A DNA stretch of 64,000 nucleotides from Octopus bimaculoides (lineage: Eukaryota): NCBI RefSeq assembly GCF_001194135.2, contig NC_068989.1, positions 70,160,061 to 70,224,060 on the forward strand. The letters run 5' to 3'. The position numbers were made by a program, and so were the translations under genes. The first letter of the stretch is position 1; each line of letters starts with the position of its first letter. The notes under the pieces were generated by a model that was given only the letters and a program-made list of their open reading frames with translations, ran no database searches and was not told where the DNA came from. Shown here in pieces: positions 37,845 to 50,335 of this stretch.

Positions 37845-38260
37845 TTATTCTTTTTCCTGTTTCAGTCATTCGATTGCAGCCATGCTGGAGCACCACCTTC
37901 AATGATTTAGTTGATCAAATTGACCCCAGCACTTTTTTTTTTTTATAGTTTGATCCTTAATCAATCTGGCTCTTTTATCAATCTGTTAAGTTAAAGGGAA
38001 GTAAGCAAACCAACACCAGTTTTCAAGTGATGGAGGCCCACACAAAGACACATATATATACATACAGGCACACACATGCACGCACACGCACACACATACA
38101 CGCACAAACACACATATGACGGGCTTCCATTCAGTTTCTATCAATGAATCCCTGACAAGGCATTGGTCAACTCAGGAAATAATAGAAAACACTTGCTTAA
38201 AGTACTCTGCAGTGGATCTCAAAACCGTGCGGTTGTGAAACAAACTTCTTAAACACACAA
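37845..38260 (-). mobile_element. SINE family A, full length, degenerate
   Basis: 3' module at 37845-38040 and head at 38115-38260. Confidence 0.75.
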
Positions 38261-38454
38261 GGATGACTTCTTTCTTTAAAAATCAATAAAATCTAATTGT
38301 AGACATGCAAATATTTTAAATTATATCTTGAGTAAATACTCTGACAACATTTCTGATGGTGAGAATAACAAAGGAGAGTCTCTAAATGAATGCAGAACAA
38401 ATATATCAATGAACTTTGTAAAGAACAAGCTTTTCAGGCCAACATTCCCCTTGA

Positions 38455-38617
38455 TCGGAAGGCTAGTCCATCATAGGGTTACCTATTCACAGCTGAGTGA
38501 ACTGTAGCAATGTGAAATGAAGTGTTTTGCTCAAGAGCACAACATGCAGCTGGTCTGGGAATTGAAACCACGATCTCACAGTCATGAGTGCAACACACTT
38601 AACCAGTAGGCCATGTG

Positions 38618-38620
<3 letters not shown>
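38455..38620 (-). mobile_element. SINE family B
   Basis: cagctgagtgaactgtagcaatgtgaaatgaagtgttttgctcaagagcacaac...ttaaccagtaggccatgtg. Confidence 0.75.
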
Positions 38621-38676
<56 letters not shown>

Positions 38677-38712
38677 TGTTGTGTGGTAAGAAGCTTGCTT
38701 CCCAATCACATA

Positions 38713-38917
38713 ATTCCAACGATGCTGTAAAACAGGCCTTCCAAGATTTTATTGACTCTAGATTGCCAGGCTTTTATAGTTCCAGGCTGGACAAGCTACT
38801 GCTGAAATGGCAAAAGCGTATGGGTGCATACTTTGATGAATAAAACTATTCCTTGTATTTATAAAGCATAAGCAAGCTTTTTTTTCTTTTTTACAAATTT
38901 CATACTTGACGACCTAA
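38713..38917 (+). mobile_element. mariner 3' end: transposase C-terminus plus TIR
   Basis: DAVKQAFQDFIDSRLPGFYSSRLDKLLLKWQKRMGAYFDE*; terminal atttcatacttgacgacctaa followed by TA (38918-19). Confidence 0.8.
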
Positions 38918-39018
38918 TACTGGGCTTACAAAGATTAAATCCTGGAGATGATCTGTTCAACTAAAAGTGGTGTAGCATGGCTGCAGACAAATGACTGAAA
39001 CAAGTAAAAGAATAAAAG

Positions 39019-39057
<39 letters not shown>

Positions 39058-39066
39058 CATATATTA

Positions 39067-39415
39067 TATCAGGTAGTTCATGAAGGAGTCATACCCAATG
39101 ACTGGTGTAGTGGCACTATAGTCAACTGCTACAAAGGTAAAGGTGATGCTTTAGATAGAAATAACTACAAGGATGTCAAATTATTGGATCAGGTGATGAA
39201 AGTTACAGAGAGGGTCATAGCCCAACTATTTAGGGAGAGAGTTAGCCAATATAAGAAGCAGTTTGATTTTGTGCCAGGCAGAAGCACTACTGATGCTATA
39301 TTTCTGGTAAGGTAACTGCAGGAGAAATATCTGGCCAAAGATAAACCTCTGTACTTGCATGCATGCATGGAAGATGGACAATAAACGATGATGATGATGA
39401 TCATGATGATGATGA
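39067..39415 (+). mobile_element. RTE LINE reverse-transcriptase fragment joined to an RTE (GAT)n tail
   Basis: GVIPNDWCSGTIVNCYKGKGDALDRNNYK..KLLDQVMKVTERVI...QFDFVPGRSTTDAIF..R*LQEKYL. Confidence 0.88.
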
Positions 39416-40012
39416 TTACAATTTTTTACAATTTAACTTTTATCAAATATCTTGCTGCTTATACAAAATGATGAAATGAATGCTAATTTTCAAAAAGAAA
39501 AATATTCATTCCCTCAAATTAAAATCAAATAAACAAACTTCTCATTTGTATAACTTCTCCCATAACTACTTTGTCATTTATTCCCTATCATCTTCTGTCT
39601 CTATTGTTCTTTCTCTCACACTCTGTGTGGGGGGGGGAGAAAGAAAAAGAGAGCATTCTTTCATCCCCTGCATGGACCTCATGTTAAGTCCCTATATCTC
39701 TCTTTTACTCTCTCCCTCTCTCTCTCTCTACAGTATAAAGAATGCCTAGGGATATCAATCCAGCTAACCAGCCAGCCAACCAACCAATCAATGATTATAT
39801 TGCCAGTTAGAGATAACCAAATGCACTTGAAGATTATCATTATCATCATCATCATTGTCTATTATTATTATTATTATTATTAAAAACTTGAATTTTTCTT
39901 TACAATAGTGCTTATAAATAAAATAATGCCAGTGGGTAGATTATATAAGACTTATTTATTGATCTGAATGGCATTGTATATTCAACTAAATATGTGCAGA
40001 TGGGGTGAGTGC

Positions 40013-40128
<116 letters not shown>

Positions 40129-40399
40129 TGGTCGCTTCTGTTACTTTTGACATACGAGTGTTTGAAGGAGAGGACTTAAAGTTAAAGAGAATAATAGAAA
40201 GAAAAGAAAGAAAAATCACTAAGAAGCTGTGTCTATTCGGGATGGATGCATGGATGTAATTTGAGTCCAGGAATGGATTTTGCTATGAAGTCACAGTGGG
40301 GACATTGAGGATTTTGATTTCGCCAGGGATTGAACAAACGTGTCTGTTGGTTGTTATATAATTCTTCTATTGTTCTTCTTCAACTCAAATCATTTGGAT

Positions 40400-40645
40400 G
40401 CATCATGACATTTTACACCATGCAGATCAATCTAGCCAATGACTTTCCCAAGATATCAACTTAAGCTGTAGAGACTTTAGTGACTGCTTCAACTTATCCT
40501 TATACCTAAGGACAGGTCTTCCTTTGCCGTGATTTCCCTCCACTTGTTGGCCATACAAAAGAATTTTTGGAATGCAGTCATTTTTCATTCGAATAACATG
40601 TCCTATCCATCTGCACTGAATTCTCATCAGCATGCTTTGGATACT
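40400..40645 (-). mobile_element. RTE LINE ORF C-terminal fragment
   Basis: RWIGHVIRMKNDCIPKILLYG...GKGRPVLRYKDKLKQSLK. Confidence 0.85.
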
Positions 40646-40823
40646 GAGATGTCACATATATATATATATGTACATGCACACACACACATATATATGTACA
40701 TACACAGTACACAAACATATATGTACATGCATACACTGTACATAAACACATATATATATACATGCATACACTGTACATAAACACATATATATATACATGC
40801 ATACATACACACTCACATGTATA

Positions 40824-40865
<42 letters not shown>

Positions 40866-40969
40866 CATACACACACACAAATATATATAGATATATACAC
40901 ACACATCCTCTTGCGCTCTCTCTCTCTCTCCCTCTCCATATATATATGTATGTATGTGTATATCTATAT

Positions 40970-41068
40970 ATCATCATCATCATCATCATCGTTTAACGTC
41001 CGCTTTCCATGCTAGCATGGGTTGGACAATTTGACTGAGGACTGGTGCAACCGGATGGCTACACCAGA
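40970..41068 (-). mobile_element. RTE 3' tail
   Basis: (CAT)n-cgtttaacgtccgctttccatgctagcatgggttggac. Confidence 0.85.
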
Positions 41069-41086
41069 TATATATATGTATATATG

Positions 41087-41193
<107 letters not shown>

Positions 41194-41447
41194 ATATACA
41201 TATATATATATATATGAATCAAGCATATTGAATTAAATTTAACTGTATTAGAAAGCTTTTGCTTTGAAATTAATTATAACTTCAATTATACAAATTACTT
41301 AATTGTAGGAATGTAGACATAGTCCATCCATGCCCTTCATTTGTGGGGAAAAAGTGGGCGGAGCTTCTAAGCTGATTGATCATTAAGGAAGATGTGCACG
41401 TATGTGTGTGTGTGTATGTATGTATATGTGTGTGTGTGTATATATAA

Positions 41448-41459
<12 letters not shown>

Positions 41460-41486
<27 letters not shown>

Positions 41487-41488
41487 CC

Positions 41489-41519
<31 letters not shown>

Positions 41520-41520
41520 T

Positions 41521-41574
<54 letters not shown>

Positions 41575-41581
41575 AAGATAC

Positions 41582-41613
<32 letters not shown>

Positions 41614-41628
41614 GTAGATAGGTAGATA
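41460..41628. repeat. (GA)n plus (TAGA)n microsatellite
   Basis: Direct inspection. Confidence 0.97.
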
Positions 41629-41639
41629 TTGGTTATATA

Positions 41640-42068
41640 CTTTTCTACTCTAAGCACAAGGCCCGAAATTTTGGGGAAGGGGGACAGTCTATTAGATCAA
41701 CCTCAGTATGCAACTGGTACTCAATTTATTGACCCCAAAAGGATGAAAGGCAAAGTCGACCTCGGCGGAATTTGAACTCAGAACATTAAGACAGACAAAA
41801 TACCACTAAGAATTTCACCTGGCATGCTAACGTTTCTTATTTCTTTATTGCCCGCAAGGGGCTAAACATAGTGTGAGATAAACAAGGATAGACAAAGGGA
41901 TTAAGTCAATTACATCGACCCCAGTGCGTAACTGGTACTTAATTTATCGACCACGAAGGATGAAAGGTGAAGTTGACCTTGGCGGAATTTGAATTCAGAA
42001 CTTAACGGCAGACGAAACACCACTAAGCATTTCGCCTGGTATGCTAACGTTTCTGCCAGCTTGCTGCC
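41640..42068 (-). mobile_element. Two tandem SINE family D copies
   Basis: 41645-41835 and 41840-42068 each contain the ggatgaaagg..gtcgacctcggcggaatttgaactcagaac core. Confidence 0.85.
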
Positions 42069-42089
42069 TTTATATATTGGTTATATAGA

Positions 42090-42247
42090 CATAGCTATGA
42101 GTTAAGAAGTTTGCTTCCCAACGACATGGCTCCGGGTTCAGTCCTACTATGTGGCACCTTGGCCTAGTATCTTCTACTATAGCCTCAAGCTGACTAAAGC
42201 CTTGTGAGTAGATTTGGTAGACAGAAACTGAAAGAAGCCCACCATAA

Positions 42248-42309
<62 letters not shown>

Positions 42310-42520
42310 GGTTTTATGTCTGTGTTTGTCCCCCACTACTGCTTGACAGCTGGTATTGGTGTTTACATCCCTGTAACTTAGCAGTTCTGCAAAAGAGACT
42401 GAGAGAGTAAGTACCAAGCTTAAAAATAAAATGAGTTTTGGGATTGATTCATTCAACTAAAATTTCCTCAAGGCAGTGCCCCAGCATGGCCACAGTCCAA
42501 CAACTGAAACAAGTACATGA
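42090..42520 (+). mobile_element. SINE family A, full length
   Basis: Head, internal (TA)n and 3' module ending actgaaacaagta. Confidence 0.85.
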
Positions 42521-42771
42521 TATATATATAAATATATATATACATATACACACATATCATATTCAGACATGAGTGAGTGGACAAACAAAAGAAAAGGGCA
42601 CTCAACACATTTAGTTGGAGTTACAATTGTTTAAAACAGCTTGATTTGGTTCTACGTGACTTAAAGTTTCTTGGGCCTCTGACAGAAGCCTGTCTCTTTG
42701 ATGCTTAGTAACTAATAATGTATATTTTAAGTAATATATATATATAGAGAGAGAGAGAAAGGAAAGCCCCT

Positions 42772-43072
42772 TCAGTCATGGATGACCATGGGATTGCACC
42801 TAGAAAGTTACCCTCTGAGGCACAAGTCCAGGCAAGGTTGTTTGTGGAAGGCAAACAGTCACCCATGCATACCAGCCTCCCCTCTCCACACCACTGATGT
42901 TATCCAAGGGAAAGGCAAAGGCCAATACAGCTTGGCACCAGTGATGTCGCATCTCATTTCTACAGCTGAGTTAACTGGAGCAACGTGAAATAAAGTGTCT
43001 TGCTCAAGAACACAACACACAGCCTGGTCTGGGAATCAAACTCACAACCTCACGATCGTAAGATCGGCACTC
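42772..43072 (-). mobile_element. SINE family B with a distinct LINE-like tail
   Basis: Family B head and centre; tail ...gtgcaatcccatggtcatccatgactgaagggg. Confidence 0.75.
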
Positions 43073-43733
43073 NNNNNNNNNNNNNNNNNNNNNNNNNNNN
43101 NNNNNNNNNNNNNNNNNNNNNNNNNNNNNNNNNNNNNNNNNNNNNNNNNNNNNNNNNNNNNNNNNNNNNNNNNNNNNNNNNNNNNNNNNNNNNNNNNNNN
43201 NNNNNNNNNNNNNNNNNNNNNNNNNNNNNNNNNNNNNNNNNNNNNNNNNNNNNNNNNNNNNNNNNNNNNNNNNNNNNNNNNNNNNNNNNNNNNNNNNNNN
43301 NNNNNNNNNNNNNNNNNNNNNNNNNNNNNNNNNNNNNNNNNNNNNNNNNNNNNNNNNNNNNNNNNNNNNNNNNNNNNNNNNNNNNNNNNNNNNNNNNNNN
43401 NNNNNNNNNNNNNNNNNNNNNNNNNNNNNNNNNNNNNNNNNNNNNNNNNNNNNNNNNNNNNNNNNNNNNNNNNNNNNNNNNNNNNNNNNNNNNNNNNNNN
43501 NNNNNNNNNNNNNNNNNNNNNNNNNNNNNNNNNNNNNNNNNNNNNNNNNNNNNNNNNNNNNNNNNNNNNNNNNNNNNNNNNNNNNNNNNNNNNNNNNNNN
43601 NNNNNNNNNNNNNNNNNNNNNNNNNNNNNNNNNNNNNNNNNNNNNNNNNNNNNNNNNNNNNNNNNNNNNNNNNNNNNNNNNNNNNNNNNNNNNNNNNNNN
43701 NNNNNNNNNNNNNNNNNNNNNNNNNNNNNNNNN

Positions 43734-43780
<47 letters not shown>

Positions 43781-44398
43781 TGTGTGTGTATAATTCCTTG
43801 AAAGGGTTAGTGAAACTGAAACGAATCAAGCCCAGTGTTTTGGGGATTTTTTTTGTTTATGTCTGGTACTTTTTCTGTCAGTGTCTTTTGCTTTCAACAA
43901 TGCTCGTTCCTGTCACAATAATACCACACTTTGCTTCTCCTTAACTTTCCACTAACAGGCATTATCTGCACGCAGCCTAGACATCTCATGTCTCCATTAT
44001 GTTGCTAAATTATGCTCAGACTAAACACATAGCTTATTTCAGTAGATCACACACATATACACACACGCACATGCACACAGAAGCAATTGCATGATTTATT
44101 TCTGGAAGACAAAGATAAATTCATTGGGGGTAGATAAATGAATGAAGACAAAAGAAAAATAAGAAGAAATTACAGTTATGTTTACAAAAAAAAAAAACTA
44201 TTAGAAATATGCAAAGATTTCAAAAGAAGATATTTCATCTAACTGAGTCTAAATGAAAACAGTTACTAAGCAAATATAGAATTAAAAAGCTACATAGCAA
44301 GAGGTGTGCATCTTTACCAAAATTTCACTCATCTAGGTGCAAATCTGTAGCTGAGTAGTAATCTACAAAACTCTTACATTCTCTTGATTTCCTGTAAT

Positions 44399-44812
44399 TC
44401 AGACCACCTTATGATCCCAGCAGACAAATAGAAAGGGCAGTGGAGACCTCCAGAATTCTCAGCCCCTGGACCATATCCATGCTCATCTCTATTGATGCAG
44501 AGATGGCTATCTGCAAGTGTGAGCCCATGAGTCAGAATTGCTGTTCCACCACTTGATAACTGGTGGTGGTGTGCTTACATCCCCATAATTTTGGTGGTTT
44601 CATAGTAAAAGAGACCAACAGGATAAGTACCAGGCTTTACCCTGGAGGATGGCAAAAGAAATGTGCTAGAACAGCCACTCTGACTCATGGGGATTGCACT
44701 TATGGATGGTCATCTCCAAACTGATAGTGGTGAGCAGAGATATGGTCTGGAGGTTCAAAACGCCAATGGTCTCCACTGCCACAGGCTCAAGCATAAACCT
44801 GTCAGAGAGCAA
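44399..44812. mobile_element. Two convergent fragments of a CRE-like restriction-like endonuclease C-terminus separated by a SINE piece
   Basis: Minus 44641-44812: LSDRFMLEPVAVETIGVL...HESEWLF*HISFAILQ; plus 44399-44552: homologous AVETSRIL...; matches the P.AVET.G...E..FL.QR.S.AIQ pattern. Confidence 0.6.
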
Positions 44813-44814
44813 TC

Positions 44815-44990
44815 ATTTTATTATTTTTTTCAGTCATTTGACTGTGGCCATGCTGGAGCACCACCTTTAGTCAAGCAAATTGATCCCAGGACTTATTCTT
44901 TGTAAGCCTAGTAATTATTTTATGGGTCTCCTTTGCTGAACCGCTAAGTTATGGGGATGCAAATGCACCAGCACAGACACACAAACATAG

Positions 44991-45030
<40 letters not shown>

Positions 45031-45445
45031 NNNNNNNNNNNNNNNNNNNNNNNNNNNNNNNNNNNNNNNNNNNNNNNNNNNNNNNNNNNNNNNNNNNNNN
45101 NNNNNNNNNNNNNNNNNNNNNNNNNNNNNNNNNNNNNNNNNNNNNNNNNNNNNNATATATATATATGTATATATAACGACGACTACTAGGTGGACTGTTA
45201 ATGTGCTAGAAGATCACATGTAATGTGTCGACTAAGACCTAATAGTTCTCAAATGAAATTCAGCAAAATACCAAACCGTATGCTGATACGACAGGCTTCT
45301 TTCAGTTTCCGTCTACCAAATCCACTCACAATGCATTGGTCAGCCCAAGGCTATAGTAGGAGACACTTGCCAAAGGTACCATGCAGTGGGACTGAACCCA
45401 GAACCATGTGGTTGGTAAGCAAGCTGCTTACCACACAGCCACTCC
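44815..45445 (-). mobile_element. SINE family A spanning an N-gap
   Basis: 3' module at 44815-44990 and head at 45290-45445. Confidence 0.75.
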
Positions 45446-45940
45446 TTAGAAATGTACAATGTAAGTCTTGATGGAAACTGATATTAACTCAGTGGAGTCA
45501 GTTACGAAATGAAAACTAAAAAAAAAGGGAGAACTACAGCTATCTTTACCAAAAAAGGATACTTGAAATATTCAGAAATTAAAATAAATAAACAAAATTT
45601 TCAGAATAATTATTTTAAAATTGAATAAAACCTTAAGGAATACGAGAGGTAACAAAAGAAATTGCATTAACACAAGGAGGGCTTGAATCCATGCAAACAA
45701 TTGTGCATTAAGTCCAACACCTACACCACTCAACCATTGTGCTTCACTGTACAATGTATAAAATTTTTTTTTTTTATTATAAATACTTTGTGTAGGCAGG
45801 AAAATATCTTAATATTTCCCTTAAAGACTCATTATCTATCTACAGGAACTTGGTCTTCTCACATTGTCTGTTATATTGCTACCACAGTAATGTCTGTTCT
45901 TCCTGAACCTCTCTGCTTCCATGGCTTCACCCCTCTGCAT

Positions 45941-46274
45941 CCTCTTCATCTCTTCCTTCTTCTCTTCCTCCTCTACCTCCTCTTTCTCTTTCCTTCCTCT
46001 TCCTCTTTCCTTCCTCTTCCTCTTTCCTTCCTCTTCCTCTTTCCTTCCTCTTCCTTTTCCTTTTCTTCCTCCTTTTCCTCTTCCCCCTCCTTCTCTTCTT
46101 CCTAGTGTTCCTTCATCCTTCAGCCTCTTCCTCCTTTTCCTCTTCCTCCCCTCCTTCTCCTTTTCCTAGTCTTCCTTCATCCTCTCCTTCTTCTTGTTCT
46201 TCCTTTTCCCCTTCCTCTCCTCCTTCTTTTCCTTTTCCTAATCTTCCTTCATCCTCTTCCCCCTTCTCTTCTTC
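45941..46274. repeat. Polypyrimidine (CTT/CCT) tract with ~68-bp higher-order repeat
   Basis: Anchor cta(g/a)t(g/c)ttccttcatcct occurs three times (about 46102, 46167 and 46238). Confidence 0.85.
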
Positions 46275-46697
46275 CACCTCCTCCACTTCCTCTTCTAAAA
46301 ATATCAGTAATTTTCTCATGTCTTTGTTTGTTTTCATGTCTTCTATGATCCCAATAGAATAATACTTGTTTCCAAGAGGCAAACTACACAGACGTTTTTC
46401 ACACACACAGCACATGTTTGTGCTGTTTGGTGTGTGTGCACGCACGTGTGTGTGTGTGTGTGTGTATGTGAAAGAGAGAGAGAGAGAGAGAGTGTGTGTG
46501 CTATTTAGCTAAAAGCTTGTTATGCATAATTTCTATGAAATTTCTTAATATTATGATTAATTCAGTTGCAATACATTGGCCAGGATAGATTCTGGTGGAC
46601 CACGGCAGATATGTAAATATTGGACTGCAGATAATAAAAACCATCATCATGATCACTATCATCCTAAGAATTGCAAAAGATATTGAACCCATGGAAG

Positions 46698-46743
<46 letters not shown>

Positions 46744-46860
46744 TACACCATTTGTTATTCTGCTAGAAATGATAAGATTATGGTTAAACAATAGACTATT
46801 TATTCATATGACATATTTTATCACTGCTAGCATGCAGCAGTAATAAATTTTTTTGTCCCG

Positions 46861-46951
46861 CTCGATGGCTGTTGTCCCGCTCATGGTTGAGGCAGTGGAC
46901 TTAAGTTTTAATAGTTACTTGTCTTTGTAGGTTCAAACCCCACTTATGGAA
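46861..46951 (+). pseudogene. tRNA-Leu(TAA) pseudogene
   Basis: tggttgaggcagtggacTTAAGttttaat...gtaggttcaaaccccacttatgg aligns to the eukaryotic tRNA-Leu(UAA) layout (anticodon 46902-46904, variable arm, T-loop GGTTCAAACCC); A-box broken by an 11-nt duplication; T5 run at about 46964. Confidence 0.75.
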
Positions 46952-47721
46952 ACTGAAATTTTCTTTTTGTTGGTTATAAATTGGAATTTCTAATATCTAT
47001 TATAAAATTTATAGTGTCTTTTTGGGCCATTTTTTTTTAGGCATGAATGTTCGCAACGTTTTTTTGCAAAAATATCAACAAATTTCTCATGTTTGATTTG
47101 TCACCATTTTCTCAGCTTATCTCAATCAGTTAATAATTATTCCTAAGAGGTAAATTATGCAACCATCATTCATGTGTGTAAGTGTGTGTGTGTATGTGTG
47201 TGTGTGTATTTGTGTGTGTCATGCGTGTGATAGAGAGTGTGTATGTGCCTGTATGTGTGTGTGTGTATGTATATGTGCTTGCATGTATTTGTGCGTGTAT
47301 GATGCAATGAGACATTATTGTCTATAATTTGTAATTCTTATTTTCAAAATCAAAGATGGATTAGTGGTTGTTAATGGCATCAAAGCATATACAAAAAAAT
47401 AAGACAGAAGTGAATATAAATATAATTAAGCAGAAAAACAGGAAAATCAAGAAAGCAAAAATTCATAATATTTCTTCACAGGGAGGTAGACGTCTGGAAA
47501 GCTTCAACTCTAATATCACAGATAAAAGAGAGAGAGAAAATTCCAAGTATTCCTTTGTATTAGTTCTTCCTAGATAGGTAGATATCCAGAGAGTTCATAT
47601 TTTAACTTCACAGATAAGAAAGGTTTGAGTCTGAACTTCAAGATATTTACTTATCTATGAAGAACTACTATGAACTTTTGCTTTCCTAATTTTTCTTGTT
47701 TTTCTGTGTAATTTTATATAT

Positions 47722-47950
47722 TTATCTTTTACTTGTTTCAGTCATTAGACTGCAGCCATGCTGGAGCACTGCCTTGAAGAATTTTAGTTGAACAAATCGA
47801 AACCAGTATTTATTTATTTATTTTTGTAAAGCCTGGTACTTATATTGGACTCTTTTGCCAAACCTCTAAGTTGTGGGGATATAAATACACCAACGACAGT
47901 TGTCACACAGTGGTGAGGGGACAAGCACACACACAAAGACACACACACAT
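47722..47950 (-). mobile_element. SINE family A, 3' half
   Basis: cttttacttgtttcagtcattagactgcagccatgctggagcac... Confidence 0.8.
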
Positions 47951-47974
47951 TAAATATGTGTGTGTGTGTATATA

Positions 47975-48140
47975 TATATTCCTCCATCTTCCTTTTCTCT
48001 TGGACTTTCCTCTGCCATCTGTTTCTGAAGAGCTTTGCTCAAGACATAAAACTACCTTTCTTTCCTTCCCTGAGCAACTGCTAATACTTTGTATGTACCA
48101 CATCCTCGTGTTGTTTTTCAAAGAGAAGCGAACCCCATCC
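47975..48140 (+). mobile_element. Decayed copy of the hammerhead-bearing repeat seen at 8.2 kb
   Basis: GTTT-CTGAAGA-GCTTTGCTC-AAGA-CA-TA-AAAC (48021-48052); downstream ctgctaatac...cctcgtgttgtttttc is homologous to 8270-8330. Confidence 0.55.
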
Positions 48141-48697
48141 TATGCTCAGGTTAAGGCATAGAAAGCAACCCACGATAGCAACAGCAGAGCCCAACAGTAT
48201 ATGCAGCTTTACCCCTGCCACATCATGCTGGTTCTGTACCCCTTTGAGCAACATCAATTCACTCATCCATCCTCAGACACTCTCTAAGCCGAAACACTGT
48301 GTTAACAACAAACAAGATGAGGACAAATATCTGTCAAGTCTAAATAATGTAAATAATATATATATATAAAAATTTATATAAATAAGGATAAGATCGTTAT
48401 TTAAAATACCAGTCTTATCAGGTGGCCAGCATGGGAATAAAAACCTTCGAAGGTAATAATTATTATTAAAATTATAATTCAGGGTATCTAAGCGATATCA
48501 CTACGCTGGAAATAGCAGCCAAAACTTGATTCTAAAACCACATTAAATGTTCATACAGCACTTGGGAAGATGTATATATATATATTAATATTTAGCGGAA
48601 ACAGCAGAGTGACTCAAGATCTGAGAGTTTCATGCATTGGCACTTATCTCAGATAATGAATCACTCTGTTGCTTCTGCTAAATACTCTTTTTTTTTT

Positions 48698-48908
48698 TTC
48701 TACTCTAGGCACAAAGCCTGAAATTTTGGGGAAGGGGGCTAGTGAATTAGATCGACCCTAGTACGCAACTGGTACTTAATTTATTGTCACCAAAAGGGTG
48801 ACAGGAAAAGTCGACCTCAGCAGAATTTGAACTCAGAACATAAAGACAGACAAAATACCGCTTAGCATTTCACCCGGCATGCTAATGTTTCTGCCAGCTC
48901 ACCACCTT
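48698..48908 (-). mobile_element. SINE family D, full length
   Basis: ctactctaggcacaaagcctgaaattttgggg...tctgccagctcaccacctt. Confidence 0.85.
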
Positions 48909-50004
48909 GCTTCTGTCAAATATTAATAAAAATCTACATATACTCATATTTTGAGTTCTATTTTTTCCTGTTCACACCAACACACCTATATATATATATA
49001 TACATNNNNNNNNNNNNNNNNNNNNNNNNNNNNNNNNNNNNNNNNNNNNNNNNNNNNNNNNNNNNNNNNNNNNNNNNNNNNNNNNNNNNNNNNNNNNNNN
49101 NNNNNNNNNNNNNNNNNNNNNNNNNNNNNNNNNNNNNNNNNNNNNNTATAAAATAAAAGATATTAGCTTTAAAAATTCTGGCTATAGAGTTAACTTTATT
49201 AAGAAAGGATTGCTTTCTCACTGCAATTTGTGTTTAAAGTTTAAACTATTTACTTTGAATTTTCTTCAAGTGTTTATCACTTTTTGAGCTGTTCTTAATT
49301 GTCATCCAGGTGCAAAATTTAAATTGGTTTTACTTTCACTGGTATAGGAGCTTCAATTTATAATGAGTAGAGTGACTTGTATGCACCTGTTGGGTGATCC
49401 TCTCTTCCTCTTTCTTTCCATTTCTACCCCCACTCTCTCTGTCTTGCTTTCTCTTTCATTTTCTCAATAACTTCAGATGTAATTTCCAATTTAGTTAACT
49501 AGCACTGTTACCGCTTCAAATTTAAACAAGAAATTCAAAGCAGGCTGGAAGCTAATTTCTTATTTCAAACAGTAAGCGAGAAGGACAAATATAATTATTT
49601 CTAGAATATTGTCAAAATGAAAAGATTAGATTTTTGAATAAACATTACTTGCATCTATTTTAGTTAAACACAAACAAGACAAAAAAAAACTGTCACACTT
49701 GAAAAATAAAATCTGCTAATTGCATTTACAAAGTAAAATTACATTTGTTTATACTATTAAAGTCAGTGTTGTTGAGATATTGATATCATCAGTGGAGTAT
49801 TATGTAATATAGTTTAATTATGTTGGGGGAAACATTGGTTAGAAGCTTTACATTGTTGAGTGTGTTATTAAGAGATTGTACACAGATGAGACAGTTTGGA
49901 AATGATTCACCATTGATCTGATAATTAGAAAATTATACTCTTGAGAAGATATTGTCCAAAGGTATATGTCTAGGAAATGCAGTTTAGAAGTTATGACCCA
50001 GTGT

Positions 50005-50335
50005 TATATTCATCATCATCATCATCATCATTGTTGTCGTCATTGCTAACATTGTCATCATTGTCATCATCACTAACATTGTTATCATCATCATCATCAT
50101 CATCGTTGTTGTCATCATCATCATTATTTGATAATCCTGTTTTCCATGCTAGCATGGGTTGGATGGTTCGACAGGAGCTAGAGGACTGCACCAAGCTCCA
50201 TTGTCTGCTTTGACATGATTTTTACAGTGGGATGCCCTTCCTAACATCAACCACTTTACAGTGTGTGCTAGTGCTTTTTTTTTCTGTGATACTGGCATTA
50301 GTGAGGTCATCAAGTACTTGCAAGGCAAGACCCAT
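50005..50335 (-). mobile_element. RTE 3' tail with expanded imperfect (CAT)n
   Basis: ttccatgctagcatgggttggatgg...gggatgcccttcctaacatcaaccac. Confidence 0.75.
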
